Source: Alloascoidea hylecoeti
Lineage: Eukaryota
Assembly (NCBI GenBank): GCA_001600815.1
Contig: BCKZ01000029.1
Span: forward strand, 124,001 to 179,764
Direction: 5' to 3'
DNA length: 55,764 nucleotides
The position numbers and the translations under genes were made by a program. Positions 9,809-21,636 of the stretch are shown here, piece by piece; within the stretch, counting starts at the first letter, position 1; every line of letters starts with the position of its first letter. The notes under the pieces are model-generated. The model worked only from the letters and a program-made list of their open reading frames with translations. It made no database searches and was not told the origin of the DNA.

Positions 9809-11056
9809 GATACTCATATCATATACTTCTATTTAATTATAGTTGGCTTTCCCTTAACAAGAACAAATTGTACAAATTAAAAACAAGCATAAAAGAGTTT
9901 CAAAATGATGAGATAAATTTTAAAATTTTAAAGTGGTGAGATGTCAATTGCATTTATTATCAATTATCCATCAACATTTTTTTCATATCAAATAGAAACT
10001 TATTAATTAATATGCAGCACGTGATCGAAATCATTTTATGATAATAACGTTAACATTTCGGATTCATCACTAATTTATTAAGATGATAATATATAATATT
10101 CATAGTGATTATATTTAGATATACATATTCATAAACTTTTCATGTTTCGTTTGATATATTAATATATATATCAAGTTTTGACCTTTATTATATTATAGAT
10201 CGATATTTTCTAATTTTTCCGTGGTGCATGTTCTGTTTGTCAGGAATTTTAGATATAATTTAAGAACTTATTGCGTGCAGTAGTAAGGATTTAAATTTAA
10301 AATCTCTATATGTTTTGATTATTTTATGGTCCTTGGCTCTTTTCAGTTAAGAGGATGTTGTAGATTAAAATAAGACCCTGCATATAGCTTGAAGGCATCC
10401 TCAAGAAGTATAATGGAGAAATTATGTGCTCATATAGAGCTGACTTCTTAGAAATATATGACAAGTTTTTAAACCAGGCATTGTCCTAAAAAAGTATACT
10501 TTTTCGTTTCAAAAAAGCAGGTATGGTACAGTGCGTAAAAGTATTTCGTGACAATCCAAAAGAAGTGTTGAAGAAGTCCACTGATGGAAAAAATACGATT
10601 AAACTGGCTGATTAGGTGGAAGAATATTCGATTTTTGATATTCTGCACCGAAATTTGAGTCCTATCGGTGGCTACTTCATAGATTTGGCAGAGCCACATA
10701 AAGCGCCCAATCTTTCCAAGATTGTTCCCACTCTTGACATTTATGAAATCGCGGATATGGTGCATTATGCGAAGATTATGTAGTACATGTATGTGCCTCC
10801 ACCTGGGGAGCAACACCAAAGACTTCTAAAATCTATGAAAAATAGAAACCAGATCTTCCTCTGTCTCGTTAAAGATATTTACAATTTACATAGATAATAA
10901 ATAATTTTGTTAAATTTTAAAGAAATGTTTAAGTTTTTTGTGTTTGTGTTTCTAATGTTGCGATATCAGTGGGTGGTTGTTAGACTATAAGGTCGTATAA
11001 TGATTGTGATTCCCATGTTTATATTTATATCAGATATTGCACAGAAATACAAAATC

Positions 11057-13099
11057 ATGACTCTCAAAAAATCTTTTGATAATAGTCTTAGATCTATAGC
11101 AACGGAAGCTACATCCCGCAATAGACCTACGACTGAAGCTACTAAAAACTCAAGCAGCGATATTTTGGATTCTGTAACAGAAGAGATATATGCGGATGTT
11201 CCTGTCACTGAAAGCTCAGAATGGGACAATATAGAATTAAAAATTATATTAAAAAATATAAATGAAGACGAACCTTCTTTTATTTCTGAATATACTAATG
11301 GTGATACAATAGAAGGAGAATTAAAGATCAATATACCCCCAATGAATGAGTTTACTTATGGTATAAAACTAGCGGCTGTTTTGATAACTTTGGAAGGCAA
11401 ATGTGTGGTTGAAGCTTTTGTTGATGTACCTACAAGTGAAACTCCAGAGATTAGAGAATATTCAAGAACTTTTTTAAAATTGAACAATTGCATACCTTAT
11501 ACATTTAATGACTTAAATGCAGTTGATGATTATGAGTTTGAATTTTATGGAAACAGTGTTAGGACATATATTGGATTACCAATGGATGGTGTTTTAAAGC
11601 CCAAAACACTATATAGAGTACCATTTAAATTCAAATTACCACGTTTATTGCGTGAAGGAGCAAGTTCATCAGAAGTACACTACTCATTACTTCCTCCAAC
11701 ATTGGGAATTAATAAAAAATATGGAATAAAAATAACCGATTGGAAAGGGGATTATCCATATGAAATCAATCAAAATATGTCATTAGTTGGAACTAAAGGT
11801 CATAATATGATTGATGATAATGAATCAGACCTTTTATTAGTGAATGACCTTTGTCCTAAATACCCTTCAATTTCATATACAGTTAATGCTAAACTGATTG
11901 GATATAAAGAGTCAACTCCTTTAGAAGTATTAAAATCAACTAGTCAAGATCTTCGAATTATTTCGACTGGGTTTTGGTACTCATTAGAAGAAGAAATGAA
12001 ACAAGATTTAGTCCTGAAAAGTTTAAAAGAGGATAACATACCATATGAATGTCGTGTTCTCCATGAAAAATATTTGGGAGAGTATAAGTATCATAATGGA
12101 GATTCAAAATTGAATAATAATATATTATCTCTAAATTTGGAAAAAGAAAGGGCTATCAGCAATTTCAAAATCATGGAAAACACCACTACTTCATCATCAA
12201 ACTATAAATTGCTATGTTTTTTAAAAGGGTCACTAAACATGACCACTGAGATACCAAAAAGAGGATTTCAATATTTTTCAGTTCTTAGCAAGTATAAATA
12301 TGAAGGGAAACACAATGAAAATGCCCAATATTCCCCAGACTATGATTCAATTATGAATTATGTAAAGAAACTCACTCCTACAGATTTAAGAGAATTATCA
12401 GATATTGACATAGATTTAAAATTCTATCAACTTGATTATGATACATGTAATGATAACATGCAACCTTATTCTTCAAATGATTACTACTCATCGAAATCAA
12501 CAGAGTCTTTATCAATTAAAGATTTTCAAAAAGATATGTTGCCACCAGTTTTACAGAAGGTTAAACTTTCACTCAACGCATTTACCCTTTATAATCGTAC
12601 TATTAATCCAATTTTATTTTCGACTGATATGATTAATAATGGAGAATTAGATGAATCAGAGCTTGCTAATATAGAAAACCTAAAAGATTTGAAATGGTCC
12701 AAATATACCATTCCTTTATCAGATACCAATATCCCAGAAAATGGAAACCCCAAGAAAAGTGAATCTCTATCAACATTATTACCCGAACTATTTGAATCAA
12801 CATCGACTGATCCAGTATTGATAGATCACCTCCCTTGGACACAATGCTCTAATAAATCATGGTCTAAGAATTTATCTCTGAAAATAAGAATGAGTGATTT
12901 GATATCTAAACAACCTCTGTGTCAGCCACTGTGTCTTGTTCCTAGTTTCCACTCGTTGATGATTTCCAGATTATATGAACTAGTTGTGGAATTGGAGTTT
13001 GAAGACTGTCATGCCTTAAATATTAATAGTGATTGTTCCGATGAGACGGAACAGTTAATACAATTGAAGATTCCTGTTAGATTTAGAAATTTAAATTAG
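11057..13099 (+). CDS. Bul1-family arrestin-like Rsp5 adaptor, divergent
   Basis: EYTNGDTIEG, VPFKFKLPR.L, H..LPPTLG, SISYTVNAKLIG (Bul1_N-like) and LVPSFHSLMISRLY (Bul1_C-like). Start is uncertain (11000, 11015 or 11057). Confidence 0.75.
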   Translation: MTLKKSFDNSLRSIATEATSRNRPTTEATKNSSSDILDSVTEEIYADVPVTESSEWDNIELKIILKNINEDEPSFISEYTNGDTIEGELKINIPPMNEFTYGIKLAAVLITLEGKCVVEAFVDVPTSETPEIREYSRTFLKLNNCIPYTFNDLNAVDDYEFEFYGNSVRTYIGLPMDGVLKPKTLYRVPFKFKLPRLLREGASSSEVHYSLLPPTLGINKKYGIKITDWKGDYPYEINQNMSLVGTKGHNMIDDNESDLLLVNDLCPKYPSISYTVNAKLIGYKESTPLEVLKSTSQDLRIISTGFWYSLEEEMKQDLVLKSLKEDNIPYECRVLHEKYLGEYKYHNGDSKLNNNILSLNLEKERAISNFKIMENTTTSSSNYKLLCFLKGSLNMTTEIPKRGFQYFSVLSKYKYEGKHNENAQYSPDYDSIMNYVKKLTPTDLRELSDIDIDLKFYQLDYDTCNDNMQPYSSNDYYSSKSTESLSIKDFQKDMLPPVLQKVKLSLNAFTLYNRTINPILFSTDMINNGELDESELANIENLKDLKWSKYTIPLSDTNIPENGNPKKSESLSTLLPELFESTSTDPVLIDHLPWTQCSNKSWSKNLSLKIRMSDLISKQPLCQPLCLVPSFHSLMISRLYELVVELEFEDCHALNINSDCSDETEQLIQLKIPVRFRNLN

Positions 13100-13831
13100 C
13101 ACATATAGCTAGATGGAACATAACTTTCCATTAATAAATAAATCATTCATATACGGTACCGGTAGCTAATATAATTTATATGATATGCAAGATATATTTA
13201 GAGCTCACAATGAGCCATCAACAAACGGCTCATTGGCTTCCTTAAATACCTGAAGAAACCGGGGAAAACAACAACAAAGTAAGGGTGGGAAATGCAAGAG
13301 CAGAGAAGAATTCAAAGTGAAAAATTGGTTATACAACAGTCGGTTATGACATGGAAAGAGGAAAACTTATTGTACTCGAGTTAAACACAATCAAACCCTC
13401 TAACTTTAAATTGAAAATCAAAGAACTAGTGGAGATATGCTAGGAGAATGTATAAGGGTAAGTAGTTTATCTATTATATTTAGTGAATTCATATTTTTTT
13501 GTTAATGTCAGTAGTTGTTGAGATGTCAGAAACAACCCTCATAGTATGTATGGAAAATGGAAATATATCAAATCTAAAATAATAATGACTCGAGATTTTA
13601 ATCTTAAGGTTTTATCAAAACTCAAAGGGATCAGCATCGCTTTATCCGATTAGAGATACGAAAAAAAGTTAACACCATCAACACCATCTGTAAGATCTAA
13701 TAGCTAAGTAATATTAACAATATACCACACATAATGATCAATATCATATCGATTTATACTTGACAACCTCCAAAATATCAAATGCTATATATAGTTATTT
13801 ATGATTATCTGTTTTTGTTTATATATTTAGT

Positions 13832-15163
13832 TTAATTTAAGTTTTTAGGACTTAATACTCTTAATTTAGATTGAAATGTATCAATATCAGAATAAGTTCC
13901 TTGAAACCATCTTCCACCACTTTTAGAATCAAATTCTAATCTTGAATGTAATGTTCTTCTATTCATAAAAACAACACATGTACCAGCTTCTAACCTAGTT
14001 TGATATTGTGATTCAGGAGCATTTACAAATTTTTCAAATAATTCATAACCACGTATAAAATCTTTATAAGTTTTTAAATCTTCATCTTTGGCATTTACAA
14101 TTATGTTTGATTCAAATGGTCCTTGGAAAGGTGGTGAATAATTAATTTCACGGATTAATTTCCTACCTGTGATCGGATTTATATCACTATATGGATCTTC
14201 AACAATTAATGGTCTTTGATAATAATAATGAAATCCATCATTATCATAATGGAATGTTTGAGGAATTTTTAATAATGCTTCATAAGCTTCTGGATCATTT
14301 TTTAATACTTGTTCTGCAGCATAATAAGAATCAGCATATATTGAATCACCACCTGTTGCATCATTTTGTAAAGAATGAAGATATTGAAGACCAGGTGGAG
14401 ATTCATAATAACATAAATCCATATGTAATGGTAAAAATACAGATGTATATGCGACATTTTTGGCATTTGGAATTGATTTAACATCAAATATTTTTCCATA
14501 AAATGTTTGTTTAATGTAACCAATTCTTTCGGCAATTATTTCGACAGGTGCTGGTGGTTCGATTCCTCCTGTAGCGGGTGGGGATTCAGGGACACCTTTA
14601 ATGAATCCTAATCCATAATAATGCAAATCATCGAGGAATTTAAATAGGGTCTCATCGGAATTCATGTAGTCATTATAAGATACCTCAGAAACATTCTTCT
14701 CATAAAGACTTTTATCCCATGCAATCTTTGGGATGTTTGTTAATCTATTTTGTCTTCTATTACTCAAATCACTATAATGTGTTAAGAAATCCGAGTTAAA
14801 GATCGACCTATGATCATCTTTCCAAATAATTTCCAAAACTTCCTTTTTGGATTGTTCATCTTGAATTACTTGGACTAGGGAAGGTGTTGTTTTATCAGGA
14901 TTGGCTAGAATCTCACCAGTAGTGAAAAGCTTTTGTTTCGAAGATGAATGAATAGAACCAGGAGAAGTACATGAATCTCTTAGAAAAAATGTTGTGAAAG
15001 AAACGGGATCTTGTGAATCTAATTGAAGGTTAACGTGGGACAAATTGGAAGAGACAACTTTTAATCCTTTGGGTACAATTGTGGATGAAAATTCACGAAT
15101 GGATGTTTGAGCAGCCAGAAACGAAAATCTAGATTTATAAGAATTTGAAATTGACTTTAACAT
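13832..15163 (-). CDS. AIM17: Gamma-butyrobetaine dioxygenase-like Fe/2-oxoglutarate enzyme (Aim17-like), mitochondrial
   Basis: FFLRDSC N-terminal domain, NVAYT..LPLHMDLCYYESPPGLQYLH (HxD), NYSPPFQGPF, NRRTLHSR. Confidence 0.8.
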   Translation of the reverse strand: MLKSISNSYKSRFSFLAAQTSIREFSSTIVPKGLKVVSSNLSHVNLQLDSQDPVSFTTFFLRDSCTSPGSIHSSSKQKLFTTGEILANPDKTTPSLVQVIQDEQSKKEVLEIIWKDDHRSIFNSDFLTHYSDLSNRRQNRLTNIPKIAWDKSLYEKNVSEVSYNDYMNSDETLFKFLDDLHYYGLGFIKGVPESPPATGGIEPPAPVEIIAERIGYIKQTFYGKIFDVKSIPNAKNVAYTSVFLPLHMDLCYYESPPGLQYLHSLQNDATGGDSIYADSYYAAEQVLKNDPEAYEALLKIPQTFHYDNDGFHYYYQRPLIVEDPYSDINPITGRKLIREINYSPPFQGPFESNIIVNAKDEDLKTYKDFIRGYELFEKFVNAPESQYQTRLEAGTCVVFMNRRTLHSRLEFDSKSGGRWFQGTYSDIDTFQSKLRVLSPKNLN

Positions 15164-15311
15164 ATCTTGTTTTTATATTCAATTGTAATGTTTTTAATGG
15201 TTTTGATGTTTTTGATGAATTTATAGATGAAAATTATTAGGTGATCTTCACAATTACCCCAGAAATTAAATTAATAGCCTTGAACTATTGTACGGGGAAA
15301 ATGGAAAATAA

Positions 15312-15327
15312 CGGGTAAACGCACGTG
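15312..15327. promoter_or_regulatory. Adjacent Reb1-type (CGGGTAA) and bHLH E-box (CACGTG) sites upstream of the AIM17-like gene
   Basis: Sequence ACGGGTAAACGCACGTG, about 150 bp upstream of the ATG at 15163. Confidence 0.5.
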
Positions 15328-15382
15328 TGTGTATTTCTACTTCATATTTATAATTTTTTCTCTATTATCTATATAACTTTTA

Positions 15383-16184
15383 TTAAATAGGTCTTCTTGA
15401 ACCTCGGAAGAATAATTGGACTATAGTAACCTGAGCTCCTGATATAAATACCGACATTAAAAGAGATATAACAGAGAAATATACAATCCTACTCTCTGTT
15501 GATTTAACCGTTCCCATATTCCTCCATTCTCGTACTTTTATATATCGAAGGTATGATATCATTCCATCCAAGAGAGGACTTATTCGATTTATTGTTTGAC
15601 TTGTAATATGTTCATGTTCTTCTAGTACTTGATTGTCGTTGATATGCATCGAGGAGTCGCGATCTTTTTGTGACTATAATTATAACAACGTTTGTTAGGA
15701 TATCAATATCAATATCATAATTTCTAGTCTTTAAACATACGATGATTTCAAATTCAACTTTTTTTTCAGCAAAAGTACTCATTCCATTTTCAAAACAGAA
15801 TGAATAATCACCGGTACCTCTATTTTGGAAAACAAATTCACCAAATTTTCTTTTTCTACCAGAGTTGATTATTTCTCCTGTTGGTGACATAACTTCATAA
15901 TCAATATCGAATTTACCTCCTGACAAGACCTTTAACAATCACCAGATAAAACGATTAGTTATTCAATTTCAATTTCAATCCATTAATATACATATCGTTT
16001 AAGGTTATCATTATATACATACCGAGAAATAAAATGTAATCTCATCATCATGATTTAATATTTCTGTATAATAACATTCTCTTTCATCTGGTGCTATTAA
16101 CGTTACTAATGTTGAAGCATTTATTAGATTCAAAAATGAAAATATATAACAAAATATTAAAAGATTTGTTTTCCTTAGGATCAT
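15383..16184 (-). CDS. p24/emp24/gp25L family cargo receptor (Erp3-like); exons 16184-16023, 15929-15741, 15673-15383
   Basis: Signal peptide, then ERECYY..FYFSVLSGGKFDIDY, G.YSFCFEN.MSTFAEKKVEFEI (GOLD domain), RE.RN..TVKSTESRI, a TM helix and an FF tail. Two in-frame GTATGT..AG introns. Confidence 0.9.
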
Positions 16185-16583
16185 TTATAAATGATAAATG
16201 GTAATATAATTTAAAAGATGGTATTGAACACATAATGAAACAGGGTAACCTAAATATCCACATATTGTATGCATAAGATATTTCTTCAATAAGCTTATTT
16301 TTCAATATTCTCTAGGATGCTGAACTATTATTAAAGCTGTTCCGATAAATTATCTTCGTGGAAACCAAAGATTTTATTGATAATAACTAAAAGTGTATGG
16401 AGTCATGAAGTTTTACAATATTTAAATAGTTCATTTAAACGTATAAACAACTGATAATTAACAATTGCGAAGCAAGAAAAGAAAGTTATTAAATTTATAC
16501 ATTCGCGCTAACACGCTTTAATTAATCCTAGACCCGAGAGTTTGCGATTTTAATTTGCTATACCGGTATTCGATAAGTCATAT

Positions 16584-17885
16584 TTAGAGACATTTAAATT
16601 TTGCTAATTTTTGTTCAACATATTTATGAATCGAGGATCCTTGAACAATATTCATTTCTGCTTTTTTACCAAAGAACAATTGCCTTTGAAGTTCTTCTCT
16701 GTAATTATAAAATGTTAGTTTCACGATTAATAAGTACCAAATGTTAGATATCGATACTTACTTTACTTTCCTGTTTCCAATAGGATGAACCCAATTCTTC
16801 GATAATGAACTCACAGCAACCTTAATATCACATTCAGTTAAATCAACCCAACCATGGGAATAATCAGTAATATGAACGCCTAAATAATTTATAGCACTGT
16901 AAGATCTTGGTTCTGTACTATTAATTCCAAGTTCATTCTTTTGTAGACCAGCACGATACATGTTATAAATAGATAAACCATGAGGGTCTGAATCCACAAC
17001 GGCATGGATTGGAATACTCGGATTGTTGTAATGAAGGACATAAAGAAATGATTGGGTGAGTTTATCGGGGAATCCTTTACCCTAATATATTGATGATCTT
17101 GTTAATAAAGGTTTGGTATTTTGAAATATACAAACTTAAAAATTTTGGGTATATATACCGTGATAATGATATGATTCTCATCAAGTAAACATAACTGCTT
17201 CAAGACAGCCTAACAAGAGATATATTAATAGAATGATTAGATTTTTTGTTCCATAAATACGTAACCGAATGATGGAATGTATCTTACTTCTTTCTCAACA
17301 ACAATTATACACTTTGTATCAGATTTTGCAAATATATATTTCACTTCATGTAATAAAGGTATCAAAGCAGGTCCATCACAATACTTGAAATGTTGAGAAT
17401 GGTTATCATGAAATATAATTGATAAATTTCCAACCACAATTCCTTTTCTAGCTGCTACCTAAACAAATGAATATTGATATTAATTTCAATATATATATAT
17501 ATATATATTCCATATGAAATAGATTCTGTCATACAATTCCATAAACTGAACTTTCAACTTCAAACAAACGATCAAAGTTTTTAATTGCATCATCAACTGT
17601 TCTTTGATTTTTAAATAATTGAACATCTTGATAATATAAATCTCTTCTTGTTCTTATACCTCTTTCTTTTAAATTTTGATATATTAAATGAAGAAGTTTA
17701 ACATAAACTGTAAATTTCCAACTCTCACGATCTGTTTTACCTGGGAATTGTAATAATGAAGTTCCAATTGTTATTGTTAAGTGTTGATTATTGATTAATT
17801 GGGTTGTTAAAGACGTGAAAAGAGAAGAAATTTTGGTTTCGATGCTATTTATTAGAGTATCTTTTTTAATGGTGGAAAGACTCAT
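16584..17885 (-). CDS. SPO11: Meiotic DSB transesterase Spo11; exons 17885-17535, 17458-17288, 17209-17159, 17081-16762, 16698-16584
   Basis: TRRDLYYQDV.LF..QRTVD (catalytic Tyr), AARKG, IVVEKEAV, IITGKGFPD, VDSDPHGLSI (Toprim DxD), ELQRQLFFGKKAEM. Four GT-AG introns keep the frame. Confidence 0.95.
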
Positions 17886-17963
17886 TTCTGGTATAATCTC
17901 TGGTATAATGTTAAATGTGATGGTGAAGTAACTCCCTTCTTTTTTTTTTCTTCACCATTAAAA
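17886..17963. promoter_or_regulatory. 78-bp spacer (probable bidirectional promoter) between the SPO11 and PCH2 start codons
   Basis: Divergent ATGs at 17885 and 17964. Contains TCTGGTATAAT twice (17887, 17899), inverted ATGGTGAAG/CTTCACCAT (17920-17928, 17950-17958) and a poly-T tract. Confidence 0.75.
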
Positions 17964-20008
17964 ATGCAACCAAACCTCCATATTGAGGTTTTATTATACC
18001 CTTGGACGACCCTTTTAATCTCAACAAGTAAATTAGAAACTTTAGTCCATGAATTTCTCTATGCTCGTTACGTTACTGTTCGTGAATATCATACCTTAAT
18101 AAATCATATCCTCACACCTCATCAACTATCAGATTTAGAATTTGCCACTATGAAAAAATATGAAAATATAACAACTACTTTCAATGGTACACATCAAGAA
18201 TTTAATGGCAGTTTTATTGATTCTGCAATGCCATGTTTTATTCAAAGTATCATTGTTAATGAAATTGAATATTTTAATGATGATAGTGAAGAAGAAGATG
18301 ATGTTGATGAATTAAATTTAAATGTAACTAATGATTTAAACATGGATAATATTAATGGCAATTCTAATTATCAAGATGAAGATGGTCCAATTGATGGGTC
18401 TCAATTTATTTCAAAAACCAATCGATATATTAAATTAAAGGATGTTCAATTGATCCTACATTTATATTCATTTCGTGATATAGATACAAAAACAAAAACG
18501 AAAACAAAAGTAAATAAGAGAACGGATACCAATAATCATAATAATAGATCAGAAACATATCAAAGTGAATGGTTTGATGAAGACCCGGCATCAAGCTCAC
18601 AAAATATCAATCTTGATAATGACATATCTGATATTGTTTCAATTGATGAAATTCTAGCTGATAATATGGATAAAATGAAAGTTTATAAATTACCATGTTC
18701 TGAATTCAATGGCCTTTGGCAAAAGTATGTATTTACCAAATGAATATTGAATAATTAAGAAGTTTCATTAACATCATGATTATCATATATAATAGTTTAA
18801 CATTCAATGACGATATCAAATCTAATTTATTAAATTATATGAAAAGTATTCTTTATTTTTCTAAAAAAAATGTTGATTTTGATATTATATCATATAATAA
18901 ATTATTATTATTACATGGTATACCAGGAACAGGTAAAACAAGTTTATTTAAAGCATTATCACAAAAATTATCAATTAGGTTTTTAAAAAATCAATTTAAA
19001 AATGGTTGTATATTATTTGATATTTCTTGTGATTCATTATTTTCAAGATGGTATGGTGAAAGTTCTAAAATTGTTGGGAATTTATTAAATTCAATTGAAG
19101 AGTATTTAATTAAATGTTCTGAGAAAAGTTTTGTTGTTATATTAATTGATGAAGTTGAATCGATTGCTGGTAGTAGAGAAGCTATTATGAGAAGAGACGA
19201 AACAAGTGATTCAATTAGGGTTGTTAATACTTTATTAACTCATTTGGATAAGTTAAGATATCATAAGGTTTGTGAAGAATATCATTTGATTTACATATAA
19301 CTGAATGAGATTACTAATGTTTTTACTTTTAGAACGTACTGGTTTTGGCAACTTCAAATCTATTGTCTGGAATTGATACTGTTAGTAATATGAGGATAAA
19401 CGCTCTTGATGTATACTAACAATTTAACTTCTTTTTCGTTGTTTCTGACTATAATTAGGCATTTATTGACAGAGCTGATATTGTGAAATATGTGGGCCCA
19501 CCATCAGTCAAAGGAACATATACTATTCTTCAAGGTTGTTTAAATGAATTAGTCCGAACAAAAGTTATTCTAAGTGAGGTATAAATATATGATTGATAAT
19601 ACCTTCTATCATACTAGCTATTCATGATTACCAATAATACTAATTATATACCAAATTTTTATTTCTTTTTTCTTTTAAATGAAAAGCGACCGATACCAGA
19701 TTATAGCTGGGCATTAATAACAAGAAAAAGTGATCCTGATTGTATTTCATCATTATTATATCAAGTTGCGGAGAAATGTTCAGTAAGTTTATTGTTTTAA
19801 AGAAGTGATACCCTCCAATTTCAAAAATCGATTTTTATATTAATTAGTATTTTTCCAGGAAGCAAGTTTAAGTGGAAGAGCAATTAGGAAATTATCATTA
19901 ACAACTCATTATCAATATTTTTCAACAAGCGCCAAGAAAGATATGGTACCTTTTTTGAGATATATGATTAAAGTTGTTAAACAAGTTGCCAAACAAGTCG
20001 AAAATTAA
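17964..20008 (+). CDS. PCH2: Pachytene checkpoint AAA+ ATPase Pch2/TRIP13; exons 17964-18724, 18796-19267, 19333-19380, 19459-19578, 19687-19782, 19859-20008
   Basis: LPCSEFNGLWQNL, NKLLLLHGIPGTGKTSL.KALSQKLSIR (Walker A), LFSRWYGES.K, LIDEVES (Walker B), DSIRVVNTLLT.LD, ATSN..IDTAFIDRADI, LSGRAIRKL. Five in-frame introns. Confidence 0.93.
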
Positions 20009-20508
20009 CAATTAGAAAAAATTAATTTCATTTTTTGAACCCTATAGCGTTATGGGGGGTGATATAATTATTCCGGTGCTTATTTATGACCGTTTTTATT
20101 GGTAGAAAACGATAAATCCATGTTTAGCCATCCGGGCACCTTACCATGTCTATAAATAGATTATTTAGCTATACACCATCATATTTGCATTGAAAACAAG
20201 TAAATATCAACATTTTTTTATTCATACAGATGATATTTAAGAATGAACTGTATGGAATTGAGTAGGGCTCCCGGATTTACCTGAGAAGAATGGACCGGCT
20301 TGATTACGTAAGACAGCTGTCGCCACTCAGGGCCTAATTTTTCTTATCGGCCGGGTATACCCGTACCAAGCATAAAAAATATTCGAAGAGGACAGAAACA
20401 GTTTCTGTTTTTGATTTTTTATTCTTTCTTCTCTTTTTTTTCTTCTTCTTCAGTGAATATCAAATATATTTTCATTCCACTCCTTCACATCAAAAAAACC
20501 ACACAAAG

Positions 20509-21636
20509 ATGAAAATAAAAACATCATCAATAACCGTTTTATTATATATTTCAACGTACACAAATGCAAAGAACATTTTTCAAATCCCAACTTTACCTGC
20601 TGTTGATAAAACAGATCTATCAACATTTGAATCCGATATAGAAACTACTAATTCAAAACTCGTTACAAGAAGTTTAGACGTAGTACCTGGTTCTTCAATA
20701 AAAAATACAGATATTATTTCAAAATCTTCTTTAAAAGGTGGTAATGACGACATTGAAAATTCCGTCGTACCTAAATTACCTGTTAAACCTGTTAAAAATG
20801 ATATAAAAATTCCGACTAATAATAATAATAAAGTATCAATACCTTCAAATACACAAAATAATTATAAATTTTCAAAAACAACAGAATTAAATTCATTTTT
20901 AATGTCATCAGTGATGATTTTATTTTCGGAAATTGGTGATAAAACATTTCTAGTTGCAGCATTAATGGCAATGAGATATTCAAGAGTAACTGTATTTTCC
21001 GCTGCTTTTCTAGCATTAGCAATAATGACGATTTTATCTGGTATATTAGGACACACATTACCATCATTATTATCTCCAAAATATACACGTTATATTGCTT
21101 GTTGTTTATTCATTATATTTGGGTTTAAATTGATGAAGGAAGGTTTAGCTATGGATTCAAATACAGGTGTTGAAGATGAAATGCATGAAGTTGAAGAAGA
21201 AATTGAAATGAGAACAGTTGAAACTGATGATTTAGAAAAAGGTAAATATAATATTAATAATAATAATTCAACCAATTCATCAACATTAAATAAAACTTCA
21301 AAAGATCAAGATTCTGCTTTATCAATTATTACAGAGGGTTTAACAAATCTTTTTAATTTTATATTATCACCAATTTGGTTACAAGTTTTTGTAATGACAT
21401 TTCTTGGTGAATGGGGAGATAGATCACAAATAGCCACTATTGCTTTAGCTGCTGGATCAGATTATTGGTTTGTCATATTAGGTGCTATCTTAGGTCATGG
21501 TGTTTGTACCCTTGCTGCTGTTATTGGTGGTCAATTATTAGCAAGTAAAATCAGCATGAGAACAGTCACAATTGCTGGAGCTTCTGCATTTTTTGTATTT
21601 GCATTTATATATTTATTTGAAGCGATTAATACGTGA
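20509..21636 (+). CDS. GDT1: UPF0016 Golgi Ca2+/Mn2+:H+ antiporter Gdt1 (TMEM165)
   Basis: Signal peptide, twin motifs SEIGDKTF and EWGDRSQ, acidic central loop. Confidence 0.95.
   Translation: MKIKTSSITVLLYISTYTNAKNIFQIPTLPAVDKTDLSTFESDIETTNSKLVTRSLDVVPGSSIKNTDIISKSSLKGGNDDIENSVVPKLPVKPVKNDIKIPTNNNNKVSIPSNTQNNYKFSKTTELNSFLMSSVMILFSEIGDKTFLVAALMAMRYSRVTVFSAAFLALAIMTILSGILGHTLPSLLSPKYTRYIACCLFIIFGFKLMKEGLAMDSNTGVEDEMHEVEEEIEMRTVETDDLEKGKYNINNNNSTNSSTLNKTSKDQDSALSIITEGLTNLFNFILSPIWLQVFVMTFLGEWGDRSQIATIALAAGSDYWFVILGAILGHGVCTLAAVIGGQLLASKISMRTVTIAGASAFFVFAFIYLFEAINT

Noticed and set aside
15665..15674. MSE-like GTCACAAAAA on the minus strand
   Set aside because: Lies at a p24 splice acceptor, over 2 kb from the SPO11/PCH2 promoter and downstream of SPO11.
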